64,000 nt of DNA, taken from positions 1 through 64,000 of the forward strand of contig JAQGDQ010000420.1 of the NCBI GenBank assembly GCA_030141605.1, given 5' to 3'. The DNA is from Tubiluchus corallicola. Its lineage: Eukaryota; Animalia; Priapulida. The notes under the pieces were generated by a model. It searched no databases. It was not told where the DNA came from and saw only the letters and a list, made by a program, of their open reading frames with translations. Numbering within the stretch: position 1 is the first letter of the stretch; every line of letters begins with the position of its first letter. Positions 1 to 12,797 of the stretch are shown piece after piece. The translations under genes were made by a program, and so were the position numbers.

Positions 1-964
1 ATATGACTGGAACATCTGTAGTCCAATTTTTATTCCCCATAGTAGAGGATTCTCAAAGAACCCATATGTATGCTGATGTCATCATTTTGTTCAGCATCGA
101 GTTTTAGGTCCAAGTCATAACCTTGAATAATTTGACAACTAGTACATATTGTCACAACATTTTCAGAGTAGGATTTGGGCTTAGGCAATGGTATGCTTAG
201 GAACTAAGACAGGAGCCATGTGAAATTAAGGCAAACTGCCAGGTCACACATGAGCGTAAGAATCTACAGTTAATATATGAGTGAACCACACTGTACCAGG
301 CACAGTGAAGTGATAAATGCAGTCGTGCTGCCAGATCTGCATCTCAATTCATTCAGTCATGCCTTCATCTGCAAATGTGAATAAGCAGAAATTTCTAAGC
401 TCGTATTTTCTAAATATTTTAGGTTGTTGTTGATTGTGAAATTGATAATCAAATCTCCTTTTTAAGGTAAAACATTGCTATACTGTAAAAACAGCCAAAA
501 TAGAACAAATGGAGACAACTCATTTTCAAATGGATACCTAAATTTGATGTGATATACATAAGGAGTGGACACAGGATGCATTTATTAAATTTGATACCTA
601 TAAAATTAGCACTGCTGTCTTGAGTTCTACTGTTTCATTATATATTTTCACTGGTGCATAATTCAAAAAGTGCGAAAGAAAAATAAAATAGTTTAAGTAA
701 GATTGTATGGCTATTCGGTTATTGCACTAATTTTGTTTTTCTTATTTTCCTGCCCGCTTGGTCCTGCCCACTGTTGGCTGTCGTCATGGCGATGCAGCAA
801 CAAGAGGCCACTCCATCCATTCTCGTGAGTGCGTTTTTTTACTTGGAGAATGTGTTACATTGTACCTTCCTTATTTTCAACCTGCTGTGTCATTTTTGTA
901 GTCACTGGTACCTTTGTAAAGTAAATGGGGTAAGCCGTGGGATTGTAGTCTTGGATTTAGGCAT

Positions 965-1190
965 TTTTACGTATTTGGTGTAAGGGAAATGGCTAGCTCA
1001 TCTTTTCTATTAAGTTAAGCAAAGTTAGTTAATGGTTGGACGACCATCGGTAAAACGTCTGTGCCATTTCGGGCTCTAGGCATATGTTGTGCCTGTTATT
1101 TTTCATACAACCTGCTAACCTCATTCAGGGAAAATATATGCAAATTCCAGTAAGGTTAAGACACCCTGACATTTTGAAAAAATAGTCCGG
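965..1190 (+). mobile_element. Degenerate SINE-like repeat with a 5S rRNA-like segment (copy 1)
   Basis: AAGTTAAGCA...GTTAGTTAATGGTTGGACGACC resembles the 5S rRNA internal control region. The downstream GGGAAAATATATGCAAAT...TTAAGACACC aligns by eye with copies at ~20.7 kb and ~29.9 kb. Boundaries approximate. Confidence 0.4.
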
Positions 1191-2852
1191 AATGATTACT
1201 GATCATAGATAAATTAGATTTTTTGTGGTTGTTTTTTTGGCATTTTAATTCCGATTTTTGTTTTTAATCAGATAGTACTCTCGTGTTTTCGTTCCTGAAA
1301 TAAGTTTAATAGAACTGATAGTGTGTGAGATTCTGTTTAAAACAATGTACAAATTTTGAAGTGGCTCATTTTCATAGAAGTTGTTGTCAGTGCCTTTGGC
1401 AGCTTTTTGATGGATTTCATCAATCACATATCCATTAGCCATTGTGGATCAATTAGCTAGTTTTGGTATAAGTTCTATAGGAATTTATGGAAGTAGCAAA
1501 ATTACGAACTAATAATAATTTTCAAGAAATGATTCTCATGCTTTACAGGTTTATTTCATGTGGTTTGACCTAAAGATATCCGTTTATGTTGTCTAGAAAA
1601 ATTAATGATCTGTGTAAACATTGGCGATGTTTTTTTGGTCATTACCCTCCGAAGTTTTAAGAATGTTTTCAATTTTTTGTAACTTGCGTTTGAGTTACGT
1701 GCCAATGGACAATGTTTGGCCAGTCATTCTGCCTATTTACGGGCTTTTTTGCAGTATATTTCTGTATCATTTACCTAAACAAATGGTTTTGTTTTCCGGT
1801 CTTTTTATCCTGCATTATGTTAACCTTCATCCCATTTTGCAATAACTTGTAGTAAAACATTGCCATGCTTATATAAACATATGCATGAATATCTTTTGCC
1901 ATGTTTCATTGCTTAATTACTAAAATAGCATTCTTTTTTGCTACTAACTATCTACACAAGTCTTTTGAAATAAGGATACGCATGATAACAAACGATCTCA
2001 TCTATCAGCAAATATCGTCAATTATCAAAGAGTTGAGGATATGAGGGCATTTCGCCTGATTACGGCTTATTGTTTGACAGAGGAAATCGAAACAATTACA
2101 TAAATGATAGCTTAGGAGATATGAAAGATCTAGAGTCTATATATTTTATCGAGTTTTGCCTTTCGGTCTTTGATGAAATCTTGTCAGGCAGAATCTTCAA
2201 AATCTTTACTAAAATTTATTGGCAATTTTCGATGTTCTTTTGTTTGATGTCATTCTCCCTGGTATACTCGACCACAATATTAGTACAATTACTTATTTTT
2301 GTTTGTTTATTTATTTATTGATTGATTGATTGATATATACATCAAGAAAAAGTAAACAGCAAAATTATAGAGGCATATTCACCACGACAGTTTTGTATTT
2401 GACTCTGCCATGGATGTCAGAAACGAACTAAATCCTCGAACAGGCCGCTCCTGTCATCCAATCAAAGTTTATTCTCATTTTGAATTTGTATTAAAGCTTA
2501 GCACATAATGTAACGAGAAGCACTTCAACAGTAGAAAAAGACACAACGGATTAGAAAAAAAGCATTCCACCCCCTGGCATTTTCCAGCATTGGCTTCTAC
2601 GAGCCTGAAACCCTACATAGAAACAAAGTGGTGGCTTCACAGTAATATAACTATCAGTCAATAAACTTTGACCTAAATGACTGTGATGTATGCATCATTC
2701 GTGGATTTCTTTGACTGATGATTGATGCCAACGATGACTACAGTAACAAAGGTCATTCAACGATAATTCAATGATACTATGCTGTGCTATAAAACGGGGA
2801 AATCCAGTTTAAAACCACTACCATGCCATTACTACTTCTGTAGCTCCTGCTT

Positions 2853-3450
<598 letters not shown>

Positions 3451-3787
3451 CACATGTTTTTGTATGATGCTATTACGCTAATGTAAAGTTTTCAGCGTCT
3501 TTAACACTAACAGCATCATCTACAGATAATTTCGCTAAAACTAGTGTAATTTAAACTAACACATGAGTTTGAAAAAACTAAGGTGCGGCTAAACAGAGCA
3601 GGGCAATTAAATACCTGTGGAAACTGGATTTCTAAATATTGTTCATTACTAACGCACTTTTCGCATTGTGGCGACATCTACACCATTTCGAGTTTTGGAC
3701 AGCCTTAATCTACTGGACATTCTCGACTTGTATTAACCGCATTTCTCAACAAATGCACACTTTAGATCCACTGTATATGTGGCAGAA

Positions 3788-3900
3788 TAAGGTAAAGCAA
3801 AGTAAAGCAAGCTAAGGTAAGGTAAGGTAAGGTAAGGTAAGGTAAGGTAAGGTAAGGTAAGGTAAGGTAAGGTAAGGTAAGGTAAAGCATAGTAAAGTAA
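3788..3900. repeat. (AGGTA)n pentanucleotide microsatellite
   Basis: Pure AAGGT/AGGTA tandem at ~3814-3886 with degenerate flanks extending to ~4008. Confidence 0.95.
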
Positions 3901-4517
3901 AATACGAAAAAGATCAGGAACACGAGGTAAAGTGAAAAGAGAAAGGTAATTAACGACGAGGCAAGATGTTTTAAAGCAAAGTAAGTAAAGTAAGAAAAAG
4001 CAAAGCAAAGAAAATTTTTCGATTATTTAATTTAATATTAAAGACATATAAACTTGTTATTGATCTTATACAAATTATGCGTTGCCAAACTAATATAATA
4101 ACCATCACAGATTATACTTTTTTGTGAAGATTATAATTTTTTATCCTAGATGGCACTAGTACTCAACGCACATGACAAGTACTCTGCTTTGTGTAGCTCA
4201 CAGAAAACTGTTACGTACTGACACAGTTTAATGAGAGTTAATTAATGAGAGTTATTAATGCAAAAAGGTTATGAAGTCTAATTGAAATCAAGGAGGTCAA
4301 CTATGGCTTCAGTTGAAACGGCTAGTCCTCTCTCTGCTTTTAGCCCAAGATCTAAATTAAGTAACCTACAGTTGCTCTTTTCTTTTTAACTGCTGTTCTA
4401 AGACCGCCCCCTTTGATTTACAGTAACTGGTTGTAAAAACATGATAAGGTAAAGGCCACAGCTTCACAAATAAACAACGATGAAACAACCAAAACTTGAA
4501 CGAAAATATTTACTTAC

Positions 4518-5163
4518 CAGAATCCTCCAAACCAAGCAAATGATTAATATTAGTGCTGCCCTCTATCGACAGCGGCGACGGGGAGCGATCAGCAAATTCC
4601 GGAATTGGCAGCGTTTCGAACTGGCCCCCGAATTCACCCACAATGCCACGTGTCTGTGACAAAAGCCGCAAGAATTCTACTTGTTGATACGCGCTTCCGT
4701 CGTACGACCCCCCGTCTTCCGAGTCACTAGTCCTACTTTGTCGAAATAAATGTCTTCTGTTACGACTCAAACCTTGAATGATGTGAGAGTCGGAAGGATG
4801 TCTTTGTAGTTCGTCAACACTACGCGTCAAATGACTTTTGGACGCATAAAACTCGGTCTGTACCGAATGACTTCGGAATTTCGGCGTGCGCACGACTAAT
4901 GTCGAATCCTGGTCGGTTTCACTGACTTGTGGTGCTGTCCAGCAACACTGAACTGCAACTTCTTTCTGCCATGGGTACGGGTTATCGTACCTTGCGCCCG
5001 TTATATCATATTCCTTTTGTAATACGTTACCGCACTCATCGTCATAACCGGAAGCGGTCGTCGGTTTGTTTACGGTACACCGATTAGAGTTTGATTCCAT
5101 CAGTTGATTCGTATTTGATTTCATCACCAACATGTCAGCGTTATGATCTAAAAAGTCTGTCAT
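4518..5163 (-). CDS. First coding exon of an unidentified gene (Ser/Thr/Asp-rich, probably disordered N-terminus)
   Basis: ATG-initiated non-repetitive open frame of ~215 codons, GC-richer than its flanks, ending at a consensus donor G|GTAAGT (GT at 4517-4516, phase 1). No convincing downstream exon was found in 1-4500, so the gene probably continues beyond the window. Confidence 0.75.
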
Positions 5164-5339
5164 TACGGCGAAAATTATTTCTTTTTCTGTTTATAGTTAT
5201 TTTTCAAGACTAGTAGATTTCTGAGAATCTTAGTGCTCACAGGACGCAATATGATATAGAAACTCACGTTGTAACACAAAGCCCAGTGCACTCGTCTCGT
5301 AATGACTTGACTTTCTGGTTTCTGTTTTCTTTATGCGGT

Positions 5340-5515
5340 GAGATCACGTGACACTCGTGATTGTAAAAAGACAAACTCAGGTGTCAGGTGGCAGATTCCA
5401 GGTGACAGATCAGGTGGCAGATTTTTGCTTACTACGTGAAATCAATCATATGAGATTAGGCTTTGCCAAACAATTAGGTGGTAAGCTTCATTACAATGTC
5501 CGCGTGACGTCATCC
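5340..5515. promoter_or_regulatory. Putative promoter/enhancer upstream of the minus-strand exon
   Basis: TCACGTGA at 5344-5351, four CAGGTG E-boxes (5378, 5385, 5399, 5411) and a full CRE TGACGTCA at 5505-5512, all within ~350 bp of the ATG. Confidence 0.45.
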
Positions 5516-5699
5516 GGATTATATGCACCTGCAAAATGCAATATCGGATTTTGATAATAGGATTTGCAGTTGCAGGCATGCAGCAAGAAACTTTGCAAAA
5601 TAACAATAACAAAGGTCACAACTTGTCAACAAGTATCACGTGCATCATGCAAAATTTTAAATAAACCATTCATGCTAATGATGCTGGAGATAACAATAA

Positions 5700-5835
5700 A
5701 CCATGACGATAATGACGAAGATAGCAATAATGAAAATGATGACGGTAAGAATGGCGATGATAATGATGATGATGACGATGATGATAGTAAAGATCGCAAA
5801 AATGACAACTACTATGAAGATGAAGACGGTGACAA
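5700..5835. repeat. Degenerate (GAT/GAC/AAT)n low-complexity tract
   Basis: Imperfect GAT repeats; source of the poly-D, poly-S and poly-I ORFs. Confidence 0.85.
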
Positions 5836-7176
5836 TGGCGTTCACAAGTTCGTGACCTGGTGCCAAAAAGCACTGTTCGCGACATATGCAATGAGACTTT
5901 TAGTTCAAAACAAGTTATAGAATTTAATCGTTACTAATGTTGAGTTTCTTTATGTATCAGGTTTATAATTCAACTCTGTTATCTTCCGTTTTTGCTATAA
6001 TAATAAGGCCTAGAGTTAGTCTTTTGTTCTAGCAATAGATGGCAGTAATATAGAAACAACGACTCGTGTTCTTGCGCTCATTTTGAACAATTTTAAATTG
6101 GTGTTCCAGAAAATCTGTCAAATATTTGTGCACCTTTGACAAGTATTTCATTTAATTTGACAATAGATTTGTTTTCTGCTGTAATTTATTGACATTTGAG
6201 CACCAAGTAGCGCATATTAAGAAAACAAAAGCAACTTCCATTCAGATCGTAACAGTGTTGACGAAGGATAACAGGATAGGTGCCTCGTTGGGGCAATAAT
6301 GGGTTAAGTAATGAAAGTTGAGCATGCAAACGTCCTGTTGGGCCTTATTTTAAAAATATTTGTAATAATCAGAAAGCAATATTTTCTTTTTAGTAAATAT
6401 ATGATTTTTTCACACTTTCCTAACATAAATTATATCCTACCCGTAGAATGACCCAAAAGCAAAAGCAATGAGAATTCCCGAAGAACTGCATCAGATAGAA
6501 AATTGAAGAGGCTTCTCAAATAACCGGATGGCTAAAAATTGACGTCGAATCAAACGTGGAATCTGAGAACACAGCTCTTAATAAACTTCAACGAGGCACT
6601 TGATGCAACAATGACAGCGAAATGACAGTCAACGACAAAGCTAAACACTCGTCTCTAGAACCCAGATGAGTAATGCGTCGATAGAGATTGCGGAGTAAAC
6701 ATACTGACGTCTTTTTGATTGTCCCATTAAGTCTTAACGAAGCACTTTCAATTAAAATTTCATCACAGATAATGGTCAGTTTGGCGTTTCACTTTGGAAT
6801 GTTACCATTGGTAGTTAGCCAGTCTGGTTTACCACAAGTGAAAAAGGACACAACCCTTAACATTAAGTATGACTTGCCATTTAATGCTGGATCCAGGCTT
6901 TTAAGGTGCTGAAATGTATTAAAGAATATGAACCGGAAACTTATAATTGTATATATTTTCTTGTGCACACCTTTAATTACGTTTTAGCTTACTGGTTTTC
7001 TTTGTTTAGTCAGCTTCAACTAAGCAGAATGCAATAATTATATTCATGCCTGATCTGAAATTAGTCCGAAATGACTGTCCAGAGTGAAGCCGACCTCAAA
7101 ACCAAAAGTATCCTTCAAGGATCAGACATCGAACTGACAGGAGTGCCGTACCAAGGTTCAGGTGAGGTAAACATCT

Positions 7177-7294
7177 AACAACAAAAGCAATAACAGCAGT
7201 AACAGAACACAGCAGCAAGTCCGGCAACAGCAACAACAACAACAACAACAACAGCAGCAGCAACAGAACAACAAGCAGCAAGTCCGGCAACAGC

Positions 7295-7328
<34 letters not shown>

Positions 7329-7412
7329 GCAGCAACAGAACAACAAGCAGCAAGTCTGGCAACAGCAACAACAACAACAGCAGCAGCAGCAATAGTAACA
7401 GCAACAACAACA
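7177..7412. repeat. Compound (CAA/CAG)n repeat with higher-order units
   Basis: The marker GCAGCAAGTC(C/T)GGCAACAGC recurs three times, separated by CAA runs of variable length. Confidence 0.9.
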
Positions 7413-9245
7413 GCGGTGGCAGTACCGCAGTACTACTTCCAGCTTCAGAATAAAGTTCATTAAAGCTATTGCAGCCCTGATACTGCACTGTATCTCATGG
7501 CTATCTCATCACTTCTGTACAGGAATACATTACTACGCCGCGCAAAAGATTAGGCTGAATTGCTTTTATCCTTAATTGTTTCCATCAACGTAATTTCTGA
7601 AAAACAGTAGCAGCCTTTCAATGACGCCAGGAAAATCTCTGTGATGAAACTTGTTCTTGAAACTCACAAACCGCTTGTTGTGTTTACGATACCTAACCAC
7701 ATCAGTCGATTGCTTCTCTTTCAGTCTTTTAGGGGATGTTTCCGAGTTCACAAAATCTAAAGTCCCGGTATTTGGAAATTAATTACCGCCAAAGAACAGG
7801 ACGCTACAGTTTTCTACGGAATTGAAGCGAGTTTCGGATGGCTTACTTGTGGCGAATAAAATTGATGTTCTTGCAAGTAAAAATGGCATTCTAGGTTGTG
7901 GCTGCATAAACTCTGATGTTTTATTCGAATCTCCATTTTTTAAAAGCTAATGAAACATATTATGTGACGATTTTAAATAATAAATTTTTAGGCTAGGTAT
8001 TTTAATATGTATTTCAGATTTGTAGTTCGTAATTTTTAATCTATCTTATCAATAATTTTATATGTGTTATTAATATATTTAATAAAGTACTATCTGAATT
8101 AAGACAAAAATTAAATTTAATTAAAAATTTGATAATCTTCTCTAAACAGACTGACGATAACAAAAATGTAACGTATGATGTTAATTCTTTTGTCACAAGG
8201 TGAACAGAATTAACTAGATGTGTTTTAAAGTTAAAAACTGGCAGTATAATAGGAACGTCGAGTGACATAGTAATGCTAATTACGTAAATTGTTGACATCT
8301 CTAGAAGACACTATAAATACGCTTAAGCGTTAAACAACATGATTGCTTTCTTCTCACATAATGCAAATAAGCCTTTTCACAGTTCCAGCGATAGATGATG
8401 ATCGTGAAAAGGTCAAAGGTTAAGTGTACCAGACAACGTATTTGTGTACACTTGACAACGCCTCGCGGCTTAAGCTACTGTGATAGTAATATGTTTTAAC
8501 AGCTAGGTAGAACCTTACCTAGTTCATTTTTTCTTGCTCCCAAGCAAGATCCTACTAGCAAATCACTCTGCGTACAGACGAATGCGTAATTAGGTAAAGT
8601 TCACGTAAAACAACTGAAGTCACTGAACTGATGCGATAGTGATGCGTTTTGCACACATGTCACATGACGGTTGTAGCTAAGACGCGCTGCTGTGGTATAC
8701 TTAACCTTTGACCTACAGCAACTGCGCGTGCGCATAACGAAACTGTGAAAAAGCTTATTAAAGTGATTAGCGTTTATAATTGGCAATTGTTGCGTTCCTT
8801 CATGAATTTTCCATAAATTGCAACAAGCATTGTACCCACTAAAGACCTCATTGTCTGGAATCCCATGGTTCTGGCTTTACTTGATTCAGGCCGATTTATT
8901 TTTCATCAAGGGAATTTTGTCCAAGGAAAAAGTCGGCATTATTTTGCCATTTATGTGCGACCTGTCTTATTCAATAACCAATAAAAGCAGCAAAGAAGCA
9001 AACAAAAGCGTAGAAAACATTACACGCGCCTACCTAGTGCTCGCTTGAGACGTGAACTAATTCTCAAATTATAATACCATTGCAGGATATAAGATGAAAC
9101 GTGCAAAATATACGACGACACGAGAATTCTCTTAGGACATTCAGTTCAGTTCCCGTTGTTGCAGCTTCTGAGCATTTGCATATTCTCACAAAACAAGTAG
9201 AAAAAAACGAGTAAACGAAGTCCAGATTTCTATATCATACAAAAA

Positions 9246-10222
9246 GTATCCCTCCACTTTGCCGGTAGTACAGTTCGCCAGTGGTGCACTTTGCCAGTGG
9301 TACAGTTCGCCAGTGGTACAGTTTGGAAGTGGTACAGTTCGCCAGTGCTATATTTCGAAAGTGATACATTACACGGGTGATACATTTCGCCAGTAGTATA
9401 TTTCACCAGTGGGACCTTTCGCCAGTACAGACTTCGTCAGTGGTACATTTCACCTGCAAAATTTCTCTGCTATGTTTTTACCTTATTCCTTTAACAAAAC
9501 GTTTCAGTTCGCCAGTGATACAGTCCACCAATGGTTCATTTCGCCAGTAAAAATTCTCGAAGGAGTTTACAATTCCCCACACAACTTAAATACACGAACC
9601 CAGACCTTAACCAAAATCCTAATCCTAACACTAAACCTAATCCTAACCTCATTTAATCCTGTATTATTTTTCTTATCATTCTTATTATTATCAATCTATT
9701 ATTTAATCTCATTCTCAGTGTATGTATGTATAAGCATGCGTGTAGGTTATGTATGTATATAGACATGTTTGCATTTTTACTGAATTAATGTAATTATGAC
9801 TTTGATTAATTGACACTAGCAGTAGCTGACTGGGTGACCGTATGGGTCTTTCATCACCTCTGCTCATATTTATCTGTATCATATGCGCTAACATCTCAAC
9901 TACTGTATTAAGTTTATGAAGCTAAATAAATTTACTATTACTAACCCTAATCCGCTTCACTAACTAATTTCTGGTGTGTGGGGGAAATATAAATTTTACT
10001 ATGTTGTACAATACCATACTTTTACTATACTTTACAATACTATATTGTTATCTTATATCCTTTAACAAATTGTTTCAGTTCTGCAAAATGTACCAATGAC
10101 GAAGTGTTCCGCTGGCGAACTGTACCAGTGGCAAACTGTTCCACTGGCGAACTGTACCACTGACGAAATGTACCACTGGCGAACTCTGCTACTGGCGGTT
10201 TGTATACTGGCGAGTGACATAC
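9246..10222. mobile_element. Foldback-like non-autonomous element whose inverted arms are built of 16-bp subrepeats
   Basis: Tandem GTACAGTTCGCCAGTG units at ~9255-9550 and their reverse complement CACTGGCGAACTGTAC at ~10089-10215. Internal CCTAA(C/T) telomere-like tracts at ~9600-9650 and ~9940. Confidence 0.7.
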
Positions 10223-11196
10223 ATCGTATGTAATCTGGTACACCGACTGAATGACTTAGCCAAGATTGGACGCGAATACATCCTCCCATGGCAAGATTAT
10301 CAGTCAAAAGCAGCAATCTTGCAGCCTAAACAGTAAAAATCGAGCAGACTTCTTTTGTTTTCTTTCTTTTTGCGTTTCTCTTTTTTAGTTTAATCAAATG
10401 ATAGTTTCTTTACTCATGTTAAACGATTGACGTGACTGAAATTTTTAAGAATAAGCATTAGTTGTTGACTGCTACTGATTTCTGTTCTATGTCATCATAT
10501 TTTATTCTATTTGTTTGGCTTCTATTTAGTCATACTGCAGCGATTTACAATAAGCAGTTGTTTACAATCTTCACAATCACCAGGTCTCATATGCGCATAG
10601 GAACAAAAAGATTAATAACTGCTCGGTGACTGTATTCTCAAGGCTCCACTAATTATGATGGCTTTTGTTTGTCCCCCCCCCCTCCTCCGCCCACGCACGT
10701 ACATGCGCACTGAGCAATCTTGCACGCGTGAGCGTTGACCGATTTTAAACGATTAATGTACTGTCTTTTACGACACGATGTTTCACACTTATGTTAAGAA
10801 ATTGCGTTAAGAAATCAACCGTAAAAGATATAAAGATATAAATTTAGGCAAAATTGAGCATGATAAAATTTTAAACGGTCGAGAAATTACTTCACAAATG
10901 GAAGACTTCAGATGAGTAGAAGTTGCCTCCGTAAAGGGTAAAACATGAAACTGCAGGCCACGGCAGCAAATATTTCGTCAAATTATTGATTTGTTCGCAA
11001 CCTTGTTGTTCTTGCTACTTTGTTTGTTATTTCAAAAATAAACTGTAGCTTATTTCTCGCTTTAAAGTCACAGGGTTGACTTCAAAAAAATAAATAAATA
11101 CTACGATTAGTAATACTAACAACGAAAATAGGCATTCATGATAACAAACTAAACTAATGCGAAAACAAGTGTACGAAAAGTTAAAGGCACAAAACC

Positions 11197-11275
11197 GATA
11201 AATAAATAAATAAGTGAGTTAGCAAGTGAGTGAGTGAGTGAATGAATGAATGAACGAGTGAGTGAGTGAATGAGT

Positions 11276-11313
<38 letters not shown>

Positions 11314-11772
11314 TCGAGTGAATGAATGAATGAATGAACGAGTGAGTGAGTGAGTGAGTGAGTGAGTGAGTGAGTGAGTGTGAGAGAGAGTGAGTGAGTG
11401 AGTGGGGGAGTGAGTGAGGGAGTGAATGAGTGAGTGAGAGAGAGTGAGTGAGTGATCGAGTGAATGAATGAATGAACGAGTGAGTGAGTAAGTGAGTGAG
11501 TGAGTGAGTGAGTGAGTGAGTGAGTGAGTGAGTGAGTGAGTGAGTGACTGAGTGAGTGAGTGAGTGAGTGAGTATGTGAGTGAGTGAGTGGGTATGTGAG
11601 TGAGTGAATGAGTGAGTGACTGAAGAAAGCAAGTAAGTAACCAAGTAAGTAAGTATGTAAGTAAGTTAGTAAATAAGTAAGTAAGTAATTATGTAAATAA
11701 GCAAGCAAGCAAGTAAATAAGTAAGTAAGCAAGCAAGTAAGTAAGTAAAATAAGTAAGTAAGTAAGTAAGTA
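11197..11772. repeat. Compound (GAGT)n/(GAAT)n/(GA)n/(AAGT)n microsatellite
   Basis: Direct inspection. Confidence 0.97.
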
Positions 11773-12267
11773 ATATATAGCAAAACCAAAACTAAGAGAA
11801 ACAAAAATGATTAAAAGCGTACTATACAAAGCAAAAGAAAATTGCAAAAACCTTAAAAAAGACGAACAAAATGCGGATAAGAGAGTAGCTAATGGTCAAC
11901 AATAAAAACTTGCATTCATTTGACCTCGCTGAAAATCATTACAATTCATGCTCACCGATATTTAGTTACATGAGGAACGAGCCTACGGTTAATCACAACG
12001 CCATAGTTTAGTCTGTTCAGTACAGTAAATCTTTCATATTTTCTGTACGTACCATGAATAGAAAGTAAGCTGACTTCCAATTCAAGTTGACTGTGTTGAT
12101 AAAATTTTAAAGAAACTGGCAGCTTCTACTTCCCTATGTCTTAGAACATTTTCGAAATTGATCACTCAAGTATTTGTAATATAAAGGATATTCAAATCCT
12201 CAATAATAAGTCAATCAGAAATGCAAAAAACACAAATTTATTCAAAAACGATTCATATATCATTGCG

Positions 12268-12797
12268 TTATTCCCTTGTAGAACATGATAACTTTGCATC
12301 AACTAGGCCTTCTGTTATTCGCCAGTAGAACATAACTTTGCAAAGCCATCAACTAGGCCTTCTGTTATTCCTCTGTAGGACAAGATAACTTTGCAAACTC
12401 ATCAACTAGGCCTTCTGTTATTCCCCTGTAGAACATGATAACTTTGCAAACCCATCAACTAGGCCTTCTGTTATTCCCCTGTAGAACAAGATAACTTTGC
12501 AAACCCATCAACTAGGCCTTCTATTATTCCCCTGTAGAACAAGATAACTTTGCAAACTCATCTACTAGGCCTTCTGTTATTCCCGTGTAGAACATGATAA
12601 CTTTGCAAACTCATCAACTAGGCCTTCTGTTATTCCCCTGTAGAACATAACTTTGCAAAGCCATCAACTAGGCCTTCTGTTATTCCCCTGTAGAACTTGC
12701 TAACTTTGCAAACCCATCAACTAGGCCTTCTGTTATTCCCCTGTAGAACAAGATAACTTTGCAAACTCATCAACTAGACCTTCTGTTATTCGCCAGT
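12268..12797. repeat. 53-bp minisatellite, ~10 copies
   Basis: Unit TTATTCCCCTGTAGAACATGATAACTTTGCAAACCCATCAACTAGGCCTTCTG repeated head-to-tail with no spacers. Confidence 0.95.

Noticed and set aside
285-368. Possible next exon of the 4518-5163 gene (tttgcag acceptor on the minus strand near 370)
   Set aside because: The phase-1 frame hits a stop after six codons (DEGMTE*); it cannot be supported without transcripts.
5564-5920. Acidic Asp-rich ORF
   Set aside because: Non-ATG start and driven by a degenerate GAT repeat.
12268-12797. CRISPR-like regular array
   Set aside because: 53-bp units are head-to-tail with no unique spacers, there are no cas genes, and the context is eukaryotic; it is an ordinary minisatellite.
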